This document shows, in pieces, positions 9,408 to 17,850 of a DNA stretch of 28,488 nucleotides. The stretch comes from a virus (lineage: Duplodnaviria > Caudoviricetes): positions 1 to 28,488 of IMG/VR virus record IMGVR_UViG_3300005662_000162. The stretch is one strand, 5' to 3'. The translations under genes were made by a program, and so were the position numbers. The notes under the pieces are model-generated. The model had not been told where the DNA came from. It was given only the letters and a program-made list of their open reading frames with translations, and made no database searches. Position 1 is the first letter of the stretch; every line of letters begins with the position of its first letter.

Positions 9408-12170
9408 ATGTCAAGTTCGAATTTCGTAGTAAAACATGGCCTAACAGTTGGCCCAATGACCGTAACTGCTAGCAGTGGTGATATCTATACCACTGGTACT
9501 ATCACAGCCTCTAACATTGCAACAGCGGCTGGTACAGAAACATTTACAAACAAGACACTTAGCTTAGCCGACAATACCATCACTGGTACAGTTGCTGAGT
9601 TTAATGCCGCACTTAGCGGCGATAATTTTACAACTATTAATGGTAGTGAAACACTAAGCAACAAAACTTTTGTTGCTCCAGCATTAGGTACTCCTGCAAG
9701 TGCTACACTAACTAACGCAACTGGTCTTCCAATCAGCACTGGCGTTAGTGGATTAGGTACCGGTGTTGCCACTGCACTAGCAGCCAATACTGGTTCATCT
9801 GGCGCACTAGTAGTTAATGGTGGCGCATTAGGCACACCATCAAGCGGCACATTAACCAATGCAACTGGTCTTCCAGTAAGCACGGGTATTAGTGGCTTAG
9901 GTACTGGTGTTGGTACAGCACTAGGCGGCAACGTTGGTTCAGCAGGCGCCGTAGTAGTTAACGGTGGAGCATTAGGTACACCTAGCTCAGGTACACTAAC
10001 TAACGCAACTGGCTTACCAGTAAGCACAGGTATTAGCGGTTTAGGTACTGGTGTTGCTACATTCTTAGCTTCTCCTACAAGTGCTCATTTAGCAACCATG
10101 CTAACAGATGAAGCTGGTTCAGGTAAAGTATTATTTGATACAGATCCAGTTGTAACTGGTTTGTCACTAGGTGACTCAAGCATTGTATTCGAAGGCAGCA
10201 CTGGTAACTCATATGAAACAACATTAACAGTTGTAGATCCAACAGCAGACCAAACAGTTACAATTCCTGATGCAACTGGTACTATTGTTTTAGATACTCT
10301 AGCACAGACATTAACAAACAAGACTCTAACAAGTCCTACACTAACAACTCCAGTATTAGGTACACCTAGTTCTGGTACATTAACAAACTGTACTGGTCTA
10401 CCAATCAGTACTGGCGTTAGTGGTTTAGGTACTGGTGTTGCTACATTCTTGGCTACTCCTACAAGTGCTAACTTAGCCAGCGCATTAACTAACGAAACAG
10501 GTACTGGTACATTAGTATTCAGTGCAGACCCAACATTTACTGGTACAGTAACTGCCGCTAACATTAGTATTACAGGTAACTTAACAGTTAGCGGTACAAC
10601 TACAACAGTTAACTCTACTAACGTAAGCTATACTGATAACATTATCAACTTGCATAATACATCAGACAGTAGCCCATTAAGTTCAGACGATGGTAAAGAT
10701 GTCGGCCTACGTTTCCACTACTACAAAACTTCTGACAAGCATGCGTTCGCTGGTTGGGCAAATGACAGTCAAGCATTTGAATACATTGTAGACGGTACAG
10801 AAACAGGCGGTGTTTTCACTGGTACATTTGGTGATTTTAAAGGTGCAGGCTTCATTGCTACTGGTTCTACCAGCGGCACAACTTTACTAAAAGCCAGTGC
10901 GGCTGCTTCTGGTACATTAACATTACCTGCGGCAACTGACACACTAGTTGGTCGTAACACAACTGACACATTAACAAACAAGACTCTAACAAGTCCCACA
11001 ATGACAACCCCAACACTAGGCGTAGCAAGTGCTACATCTATTAACAAGGTTGCTATTACTACTCCTGCAACTGGTTCTACATTAACTATTGTAGACGGCA
11101 AAACACTAACTGTAAGCAACACACTAACATTCACAGGCACTGATAGCTCAAGCGTAGCGTTTGGTGCAGGCGGTACAGTATTGTATTCAGGTGGCGCACT
11201 AGGTACACCGAGTTCCGGCACATTAACTAATGCAACTGGTCTTCCAGTAAGCACTGGCGTTAGTGGATTAGGTACCGGTGTTGCCACTGCACTAGCAGTT
11301 AACACTGGCAGTTCAGGTGCTTTCGTAGTCCACGGTGGCGCATTAGGTACACCTTCAGGTGGTACACTAACCAACGCAACTGGCTTACCAGTTAGTAGCG
11401 GTATTAGTGGCCTAGGTACTGGTGTTGCCACTGCACTAGCAGTTAACACTGGTTCAGCCGGCGCAGTTGTACTATTCAATGGCGCATTAGGTACACCAAG
11501 TTCTGGTACACTAACCAACGCAACTGGTTTACCAGTTAGTAGCGGTATTAGTGGTCTAGGCACAGGCGTTGCTACTTGGTTAGCTACACCAAGCAGTGCT
11601 AACTTAGCTGCCGCAGTAACAGACGAAACTGGTTCAGGTGCATTAGTATTTGGTACAAGCCCAACATTCACTACACAAATCACAACTCCTGTGATTGTTA
11701 AGAGCGGTTCAGATGGCTCAGGTGACATCGGACAAAGTGGTAACAAATTTGCTACAATTTACGCTACAACATTCAGTGGTGTATCAACAACTGCAAGATA
11801 CGCTGACTTGGCAGAAAAGTATTCCGCAGACGCAGACTACGAGCCAGGTACAGTTCTACACTTTGGTGGCGAAGCAGAAGTTACAATTTGCGACACAGAT
11901 ATGTGCCGTAAGGTAGCTGGCGTTGTTACAACAGCACCTGCTCACTTAATGAATGCAGAACTAGAAGGCACAGCGGCAGCGATTGCGCTACAAGGTCGTG
12001 TACCATGTAAAGTAATTGGTCCAGTTGCCAAGGGTGACATGATGGTATCCGCAGGTAACGGTTGTGCTCGTGCAGAAGCTAACCCAGTAATGGGTTCTGT
12101 AATTGGCAAGTCACTAGAAAACTTTGATGGCGCAGAAGGCGTTATTGAAGTAGCAGTTGGCAGACTATAA
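9408..12170 (+). CDS. Tail fibre/appendage protein with 48-aa repeats and C-terminal peptidase-G2-like intramolecular chaperone (920 aa)
   Basis: SD GGAG 9396-9399; seven LGTPSSGTLTNATGLP repeats; C-terminal YADLAE...GTV...AGVV..PA.LMN...GRVP.KV.G...KGD signature. Confidence 0.8.
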   Translation: MSSSNFVVKHGLTVGPMTVTASSGDIYTTGTITASNIATAAGTETFTNKTLSLADNTITGTVAEFNAALSGDNFTTINGSETLSNKTFVAPALGTPASATLTNATGLPISTGVSGLGTGVATALAANTGSSGALVVNGGALGTPSSGTLTNATGLPVSTGISGLGTGVGTALGGNVGSAGAVVVNGGALGTPSSGTLTNATGLPVSTGISGLGTGVATFLASPTSAHLATMLTDEAGSGKVLFDTDPVVTGLSLGDSSIVFEGSTGNSYETTLTVVDPTADQTVTIPDATGTIVLDTLAQTLTNKTLTSPTLTTPVLGTPSSGTLTNCTGLPISTGVSGLGTGVATFLATPTSANLASALTNETGTGTLVFSADPTFTGTVTAANISITGNLTVSGTTTTVNSTNVSYTDNIINLHNTSDSSPLSSDDGKDVGLRFHYYKTSDKHAFAGWANDSQAFEYIVDGTETGGVFTGTFGDFKGAGFIATGSTSGTTLLKASAAASGTLTLPAATDTLVGRNTTDTLTNKTLTSPTMTTPTLGVASATSINKVAITTPATGSTLTIVDGKTLTVSNTLTFTGTDSSSVAFGAGGTVLYSGGALGTPSSGTLTNATGLPVSTGVSGLGTGVATALAVNTGSSGAFVVHGGALGTPSGGTLTNATGLPVSSGISGLGTGVATALAVNTGSAGAVVLFNGALGTPSSGTLTNATGLPVSSGISGLGTGVATWLATPSSANLAAAVTDETGSGALVFGTSPTFTTQITTPVIVKSGSDGSGDIGQSGNKFATIYATTFSGVSTTARYADLAEKYSADADYEPGTVLHFGGEAEVTICDTDMCRKVAGVVTTAPAHLMNAELEGTAAAIALQGRVPCKVIGPVAKGDMMVSAGNGCARAEANPVMGSVIGKSLENFDGAEGVIEVAVGRL
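9681..11600 (+). repeat. 144-nt (48-aa) coding repeat, 7 copies arranged 3+1+3
   Basis: Copies start at 9681, 9825, 9969, 10353, 11196, 11340 and 11484; the period within each trio is exactly 144 nt. Confidence 0.92.
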
Positions 12171-12183
12171 GCCTAACTAAATT

Positions 12184-12219
12184 AGAAAGGTCTTCTAGAA
12201 ATGGAAGGCCTTTCTTTTT
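12184..12219 (+). terminator. Rho-independent terminator
   Basis: AGAAAGGTCTTCTA-GAAA-TGGAAGGCCTTTCT (14 bp including 2 G-U, GNRA loop) followed by TTTT. Confidence 0.85.
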
Positions 12220-12233
12220 GACTTAAATTTCGT

Positions 12234-12239
12234 TAAATA
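12234..12239 (+). promoter_or_regulatory. T4-like late promoter core (TAAATA)
   Basis: Directly after the terminator, 21 nt before ATG 12261. Confidence 0.75.
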
Positions 12240-12260
12240 CACGATAACGGATTTCTAGAT

Positions 12261-13421
12261 ATGGCTCTTACAAAACCACGTGCCCACCAGCTCGCTGATT
12301 TAACTATTAAAACAGCTTGTAGAGCTGTGGCCATTAATAATATTAATTTAACTTCTGCCCCGAGTACATTGGACGGGGTATCTTTAGCCACTGGGAATCG
12401 CATCTTAGTCACAGGGCAGAATACTAGCAGTGATAACGGTGTTTATAAAATCACCACATTAGGTACAGGATCAAACGGTGTTTGGGCTCGTGCCATTGAT
12501 GCAGACGAAACATCGGAAATCAAAACCGGCTTAATCATATATGTTAGTGAAGGTACAGCATATAAAGATACTCAATGGAAGCTAATCACTAACGATCCTA
12601 TTACACTTGGTACAACTAGCTTAACTTTCGAACGAGTTACTACTGGTACAATTACCAGTGTATCAGCAGGCGGCGGAATCACTGTTACAGGCACAGGTGA
12701 TGTTACTGTGGCAATTAACTCTAACGTAGTGACATTGGCTGGTAATCAAACTTTAACAAACAAAACTCTTACCAACCCTACTATTACAGGCGCAGACTTA
12801 GGCGCAGTTAATGGCACGTTCAGCGGAGATGTTACTATTACCGGAGACTTAACTGTTAACGGGGCCACAACAACAATTAACACTACATCCTACGTACTTA
12901 GAGACCCTATTATGACTATGGGGTATCCGTCAACAACTGACGATAACAAAGACAGGGGTGTAGAGTTTAAATGGCATAACGGTTCTACTACTAAAACCGG
13001 CTTCTTTGGATTTGATGACAGCACAGGTCACTTTACTTTTATTCCCGATGCAACCAATACTAGCGAAGTCTTTAGTGGTACCACTGGCACTATAGCAGTT
13101 AACAGCGTATTAGCCAATGGAATCGTTGATATTGGCGCAGGCAGTGCAACAGGTAGTTCTTCTATTACAGTTGATGCCTGGGACAAAACAGCCTATCGTT
13201 CAGCCAAGTATGAATATCAGATTACACAAGGTACTAGCTACCAAGTAGGTGAAATTAGAGTATTCCACGATGGTACTACGGCAACATTAAATGAATACGG
13301 AAGTATGGGAAGTAGTTTAGGAACATTTACAGTATCGATTATTAGTGGCATTGTAACACTAGTTTGTGCAGTAGCCTCTAGTTCGACTATTAAATACACT
13401 AGAAAACTAATTGTGATATAA
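12261..13421 (+). CDS. Phage tail-fibre-related protein (386 aa)
   Basis: N-terminal LDGVSL..GNRILV.GQ....NGVY.....W.RA.DAD domain resembling COG5301-type tail fibre proteins; DRG.EF module shared with 15006-17426; shared C-terminal domain. Confidence 0.78.
   Translation: MALTKPRAHQLADLTIKTACRAVAINNINLTSAPSTLDGVSLATGNRILVTGQNTSSDNGVYKITTLGTGSNGVWARAIDADETSEIKTGLIIYVSEGTAYKDTQWKLITNDPITLGTTSLTFERVTTGTITSVSAGGGITVTGTGDVTVAINSNVVTLAGNQTLTNKTLTNPTITGADLGAVNGTFSGDVTITGDLTVNGATTTINTTSYVLRDPIMTMGYPSTTDDNKDRGVEFKWHNGSTTKTGFFGFDDSTGHFTFIPDATNTSEVFSGTTGTIAVNSVLANGIVDIGAGSATGSSSITVDAWDKTAYRSAKYEYQITQGTSYQVGEIRVFHDGTTATLNEYGSMGSSLGTFTVSIISGIVTLVCAVASSSTIKYTRKLIVI
13391..13396 (+). promoter_or_regulatory. 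Possible late promoter inside the end of the 386-aa gene, serving the GT/MTase pair
   Basis: TAAATAc ending 24 nt before ATG 13421, a spacing like the intergenic copies. It lies in coding sequence, so chance occurrence is possible. Confidence 0.4.
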
Positions 13422-14260
13422 TGCTAGGTAAAACTTATCATACGTATAATGGTGAATCCATTACAACTAAGACGTTCATTAAGAACGGCAAGAAAGAGTA
13501 TGAGCAAATTGAATACCAATTACCTTATAAGCCTACAAATATTCCAAGTGCTATAGTTTGCGGTAACGGACTAACTAGACGTAAATTCTTTAAGATGATT
13601 CAACTTGTAGAGGCCGGTGGCGGCTTGCTACGTGAACATAAACCTGAAGTATATGCATGTAATGCCGCATATACAGAGCGAGCTAAACCGCACAACTTAG
13701 TTTTAGCAAGCCCTGAGATTATAGATCTATTCTATCAAACAGTACCAGACTACTCAGAGCCATTTTACTTGCCTTGGAGTGAATGGGCTAAACGTAAAGA
13801 TCAAGAACCACATGCTCGATTGATGCCAGGCAAGTTTACCAGCAGTGCTGGTGCAATGGCATTATACTTGGCCGCATGGCACGGCCATACTACAGTTTAT
13901 ATGGTTGGGTTTGACTTACAACCAGAAGAAGGCCGCAATAATAATATCTATGCGGGACATCACCCGCTATATAAAGACGTAGATGAGTATGTTAGTGACA
14001 CTGGTTGGATTAGAGATTGTCTACAAGTGTTTAAGGCATACCCTGATGTAACATTTGTACGTATTGTACCCACAGGGTATGATACAGAAGTAAAAAAAAT
14101 TACGATACCTAATTTTAACTGCCCCGATGAATGGGCAGATTGCGATAATTTTAAACAATTAGACGTAGATACATTTAAACTGGAGATAGATTTTGGACCC
14201 ATCAAAGATCATACGAGGGGACAGCTACAGTACCAATCAACAGGCCCAAGAGTTTCTTAA
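13421..14260 (+). CDS. Putative glycosyltransferase of the GT42/Maf/DUF115 (MptE-like) Rossmann-like group
   Basis: Ordered motifs IVCGNG.TR, YACNAAY, SSAGAMALYLAA..GH..VYMVGFDL parallel the Cst-II-type IIAGNGPS, FRCNQFY, TSG.YM...A..LGY..IYL.GIDF. Coupled to the upstream gene by TAATG. Confidence 0.6.
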   Translation: MLGKTYHTYNGESITTKTFIKNGKKEYEQIEYQLPYKPTNIPSAIVCGNGLTRRKFFKMIQLVEAGGGLLREHKPEVYACNAAYTERAKPHNLVLASPEIIDLFYQTVPDYSEPFYLPWSEWAKRKDQEPHARLMPGKFTSSAGAMALYLAAWHGHTTVYMVGFDLQPEEGRNNNIYAGHHPLYKDVDEYVSDTGWIRDCLQVFKAYPDVTFVRIVPTGYDTEVKKITIPNFNCPDEWADCDNFKQLDVDTFKLEIDFGPIKDHTRGQLQYQSTGPRVS

Positions 14261-14963
14261 TTTATTTGACGACTCGATGTTTGATCAAAGCCTTAACGTC
14301 TTAGACGTAGGCTGTGGATTAGGAATGCAAGCTGAATGGTGGGCAACAAGACGCCCTAAGCTAGATGGTGATAAGTTTGGATTAAAAGCTTCAACGGAAT
14401 GTCATGGGGTTGATTTGTACCCTGCTGACGGCGGGCTGGTAGATAAGTTCTTTTTTAAGCAAGAAGATTATCATAATATGAGTTATGGTGATGCTCAATT
14501 TGATATTGTATGGAGCCATTTCAGTCTAGAGTATAGTGCTACTCCTATGAAAGCCCTTGCAGAATGGCGCAGGGTCTGCAAACCCGATGGCCATTTGTAT
14601 ATTACCATTCCGAACAGCTTCAAAAAGAAGTTTGGTAGAATCCACACTGATACAAAACCAGGACAACAAAGCTGGTATACCATGCCTATATTAATCAACA
14701 TGCTAGCTTATACCGGTTGGTTACCCAAGGACAGTTATTTTCAAGTTGACTTTAAAAAAGGTGTTATACGAGGAATAATTGCGGCTAATCCTGATCAAAG
14801 CACTGCTTTAGACCCCCTTACTACAAATATATACGAATTAGATGAGCGTGGATTGTTTGATAGGTGGTGTTCTGCTATGATTCATGACCGTGGAATGATA
14901 GACGAAAGCAATTTAGTTATTACATGGGTAACAGGTACTACCTTGGATTTCCGCTCATTATAA
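14193..14963 (+). CDS. Class I SAM-dependent methyltransferase
   Basis: Motif I VLDVGCGLG, FDIVWSHFSLEY, ALAEWRRVCKPDGHLYI. Start uncertain: TTG 14193 with SD GGAG at 14182-14185, or the ATG of SMFD about 14277. Confidence 0.88.
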   Translation: MDPSKIIRGDSYSTNQQAQEFLNLFDDSMFDQSLNVLDVGCGLGMQAEWWATRRPKLDGDKFGLKASTECHGVDLYPADGGLVDKFFFKQEDYHNMSYGDAQFDIVWSHFSLEYSATPMKALAEWRRVCKPDGHLYITIPNSFKKKFGRIHTDTKPGQQSWYTMPILINMLAYTGWLPKDSYFQVDFKKGVIRGIIAANPDQSTALDPLTTNIYELDERGLFDRWCSAMIHDRGMIDESNLVITWVTGTTLDFRSL

Positions 14964-14978
14964 TAAGGCGTTTCCAAA

Positions 14979-14984
14979 TAAATA
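14979..14984 (+). promoter_or_regulatory. T4-like late promoter core (aaTAAATA)
   Basis: Intergenic, 21 nt before ATG 15006. Confidence 0.75.
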
Positions 14985-15005
14985 TTGTTTGGAGCTGAAA
15001 AAACT

Positions 15006-17426
15006 ATGAGTACACCCTACACACTAAACAAAACCGATGGCACAGTCCTGTTAACTGTAGCCTCTGGCGCATCTAATTCGACTTACGGGGTGTCATTTTT
15101 TGGCGCCAATTACAGCGGTTGGGGCGAATCATTAAACGAAAATACAATTAAGTTGTTGGAAAACTTTGCCAACAATACAGCCCCGGCATCTTCAGTCGAA
15201 GGCCAACTATGGTACGACACAGGCACTAGTAACCTAAAAGTTTACAACGGTACTAGCTACATTCAGCTACCCAGTTTTGTTTCAGCATCTTCCAGCCCTG
15301 CGGGTACGTTAGGTCGTCTATGGTTAGACAGCGATGACAGCAGGCTGTATATTCATAACGGTACAGCCTTTAAAGCAGTAACACCAGGTACAATTGAACT
15401 AACAGGTGATGTAACTGGTAGCGGCACAATGGATCCTGTAACCGGCAACTATAGCATTGCAATGTCATCAGTTGCTGCCGCAACTAACAGTTTTACTAAC
15501 ATTGCAGTATCTAGCAATTCTACTATTGTTGCCGATAGCGGAACAGACACCTTAACGTTTGTTGCTGGCACTGGTGTGGTATTAACAACAGATGCTAGTA
15601 CAGATTCTTTAACTATAGCAGTTGACACAGCATCAGTTGTAACAGGCTCAAACACATTAAACGTTGGCGGCATCAAAACATTCACTGGTGCGTTAAAAGC
15701 TACGGGCACCATTGAGCTAGGTGGATCGACTAAGGCAATCTATGCAGACCAGTCTATTGGTGCAGATCGTCCTTTTATTAAATGGAATTCAAGTAGTAAC
15801 TATTGGGAATTATGCAACGACGGCACAACATCTGCTCAGATTGCCACAGGTGTGTCTGCTCCAAATACTGCTCAGTACCTAACACTTACCGCTGACAGTA
15901 ATCTAACGCAAGAGCGAGTACTAACAGCTGGTACAGGTATTAGTTTTGCAGATGGCGGCGCAGGATCAACTTTAACAATTACAAACACAGGTGTTACTAG
16001 CTTCAATGGTTCCGGTGGCGCAATTACAAACTATGCCTTTGGTACTATTGCAGTATCCGGGCACAGCGATATCGTTGCAGACACAGGTAGCGATACATTA
16101 ACCATTGTTGCAGGTACAGGTGTTACATTAAGCACTAATGCAACCACAGACACAATTACTATTTCTAGCTCAGTTACTGATACAAATACAACTTATGGTA
16201 TTAGTTCTGAAACAAACGCCAGCGGTGCAGCCTTAAGATTAACAGGCAACGATAGTAGTACGGACGAAGTTGTATTTGTATCTGGTTCTGGTATTACTGT
16301 TACTCGCACAGATGCCAGCACAATTACCATTGCTACTTCTGGTAGTAGTGGTATTACCAGTGCTTACACATCTATTGCAGACGGTGCAAACACGGCAACC
16401 GCTACAGGTACTGACACAATTAAATTCCGTGGGGACACTGGAGTAACAACTACAGTAACTAGCAACGATCCAACTCACGGTGACAACGTATTAATTGCAG
16501 TACAAGACGGTACAACAAGTCAAAAAGGTATTGTTCAACTATCAGACAGTTCAGCCAGTACTAGTACAACACTAGCGGCCACAGCAAACTTAGCCAACAC
16601 AAAGCTAGCAAAGACCGGCGGCACATTAAGTGGCGCATTAACAATTTCAGATAGCACAGCTAGCTCTAGTACAACCACTGGCGCACTAATTGTTACAGGC
16701 GGTACCGGTATTGGTGGTAATGCTTATGTTGGCGGTAACTTAGTCTTATCTGGTAACTTAACAGTTAACGGCACAACTACAACAGTTAATTCTACAACTA
16801 CAACAGTTGACGATCCTGTGTTTACACTAGGTGGCGACACTGCTCCTAGTAGCGATGACAGCAAGGACCGTGGTATTGAATTTAGATACCACAACGGCAC
16901 AGCCGCAAAGACAGGTTTCTTTGGCTACGATGACAGTACAGGTAGATTTACGTTTATTCCTGACGCTACTAACTCAACTGAAGTATTCAGTGGGTCAGTA
17001 GGTGATGCAGACTTTAACGTAGTTTACGCTACAGCTAACCAAGCACGATACGCTGACTTGGCAGAACGTTATGAGGCTGATGCATTCTATGAGCCAGGTA
17101 CTGTGTTAGTGGTTGGCGGTGAAAAAGAAGTAACAGCTTGTAATGTTTACGGTGATGTTAAACTAGCTGGTGTTGTTTCTACAGACCCAGCGTATCTAAT
17201 GAACAGCAATGCAGGTAGCGATATTACACACCCAGCCATTGCACTCAAAGGTCGTGTACCTATTAAAGTCTATGGTACTGTTAAGAAAGGTGACTTGCTA
17301 ACAACATCGCCATATGCTGGACATGCTGAAGTGGCGGGCGATAATGTACGTGATAGTGCAATTATTGGTATTGCGTTGAGCAATAACGAAACAGGTCCAG
17401 CAGTTATTGAAGTGATGATCAAGTAA
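15006..17426 (+). CDS. Tail fibre protein with phage-fibre repeat and C-terminal peptidase-G2-like chaperone (~806 aa)
   Basis: Start moved to ATG 15006 (SD GGAG 14991-14994). N-terminal LLENFA...P.....GQLWYDT; DGTTSQKGIVQLS...STSTTLAAT resembles the Phage_fiber_2 repeat; C-terminal YADLAE domain. Confidence 0.82.
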   Translation: MSTPYTLNKTDGTVLLTVASGASNSTYGVSFFGANYSGWGESLNENTIKLLENFANNTAPASSVEGQLWYDTGTSNLKVYNGTSYIQLPSFVSASSSPAGTLGRLWLDSDDSRLYIHNGTAFKAVTPGTIELTGDVTGSGTMDPVTGNYSIAMSSVAAATNSFTNIAVSSNSTIVADSGTDTLTFVAGTGVVLTTDASTDSLTIAVDTASVVTGSNTLNVGGIKTFTGALKATGTIELGGSTKAIYADQSIGADRPFIKWNSSSNYWELCNDGTTSAQIATGVSAPNTAQYLTLTADSNLTQERVLTAGTGISFADGGAGSTLTITNTGVTSFNGSGGAITNYAFGTIAVSGHSDIVADTGSDTLTIVAGTGVTLSTNATTDTITISSSVTDTNTTYGISSETNASGAALRLTGNDSSTDEVVFVSGSGITVTRTDASTITIATSGSSGITSAYTSIADGANTATATGTDTIKFRGDTGVTTTVTSNDPTHGDNVLIAVQDGTTSQKGIVQLSDSSASTSTTLAATANLANTKLAKTGGTLSGALTISDSTASSSTTTGALIVTGGTGIGGNAYVGGNLVLSGNLTVNGTTTTVNSTTTTVDDPVFTLGGDTAPSSDDSKDRGIEFRYHNGTAAKTGFFGYDDSTGRFTFIPDATNSTEVFSGSVGDADFNVVYATANQARYADLAERYEADAFYEPGTVLVVGGEKEVTACNVYGDVKLAGVVSTDPAYLMNSNAGSDITHPAIALKGRVPIKVYGTVKKGDLLTTSPYAGHAEVAGDNVRDSAIIGIALSNNETGPAVIEVMIK

Positions 17427-17850
17427 TATTATTGATTATTTCTTGCAGTCTGTTAATTGTATCTTCTTCTTTAATACTTGAAAATACACCAGGGTGCATA
17501 GGCCTTGGAAACTTTTCTAACGGGACCCAACAATAACCACAGTGTTCTTCGTTGAGCATGGGTACAAACTCTTTGTCTATAATGTACAAATACGTATGGT
17601 AGGAAAAGTTTCCATCATCGCTAGTATAATGATCGATAGGTGTTGGTACACAATTGAAGAAATAATCTACTTCTTCCTGTGCTTCTCGTTTAAGTGTTTT
17701 TAGAGGACTCTCATTGGGCTCTTGCTTGCCACCGACAATCCCCCAATGATATACCCAACGTTGTCTACCCTGTCTAAGCAGGAATAAGAACCGGTTTGTG
17801 TTCTTGGCATATACAAATGCGCCGTGGCTAATTATGACACCATTCTCCAT
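17419..17850 (-). CDS. NUDIX hydrolase
   Basis: Nudix box G-KQEPN-E-SPLKTLK-REAQEEV preceded by WGIVG; EEH.GY.W downstream; last gene of the minus-strand operon. Confidence 0.9.
   Translation of the reverse strand: MENGVIISHGAFVYAKNTNRFLFLLRQGRQRWVYHWGIVGGKQEPNESPLKTLKREAQEEVDYFFNCVPTPIDHYTSDDGNFSYHTYLYIIDKEFVPMLNEEHCGYCWVPLEKFPRPMHPGVFSSIKEEDTINRLQEIINNIT

Noticed and set aside
4790-11660. Repeats as a CRISPR array or a diversity-generating retroelement TR/VR pair
   Set aside because: The repeats are in-frame coding units whose differences are mostly synonymous and not adenine-specific; there are no unique spacers and no cas or reverse transcriptase gene in the window.
3169-11746. Long minus-strand ORFs (up to 325 aa) opposite the fibre genes
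   Set aside because: They are shadows of the biased Thr/Gly/Ser/Val codon usage on the + strand (Val/Pro/Ser-rich mirror text) and lack evident promoters or SD sequences.
13414-13422. Extended -10 motif TGaTATAAT
   Set aside because: It overlaps the stop/start junction (ATA TAA TG), so it cannot drive the gene starting at 13421; it is most likely a by-product of the TAATG coupling.
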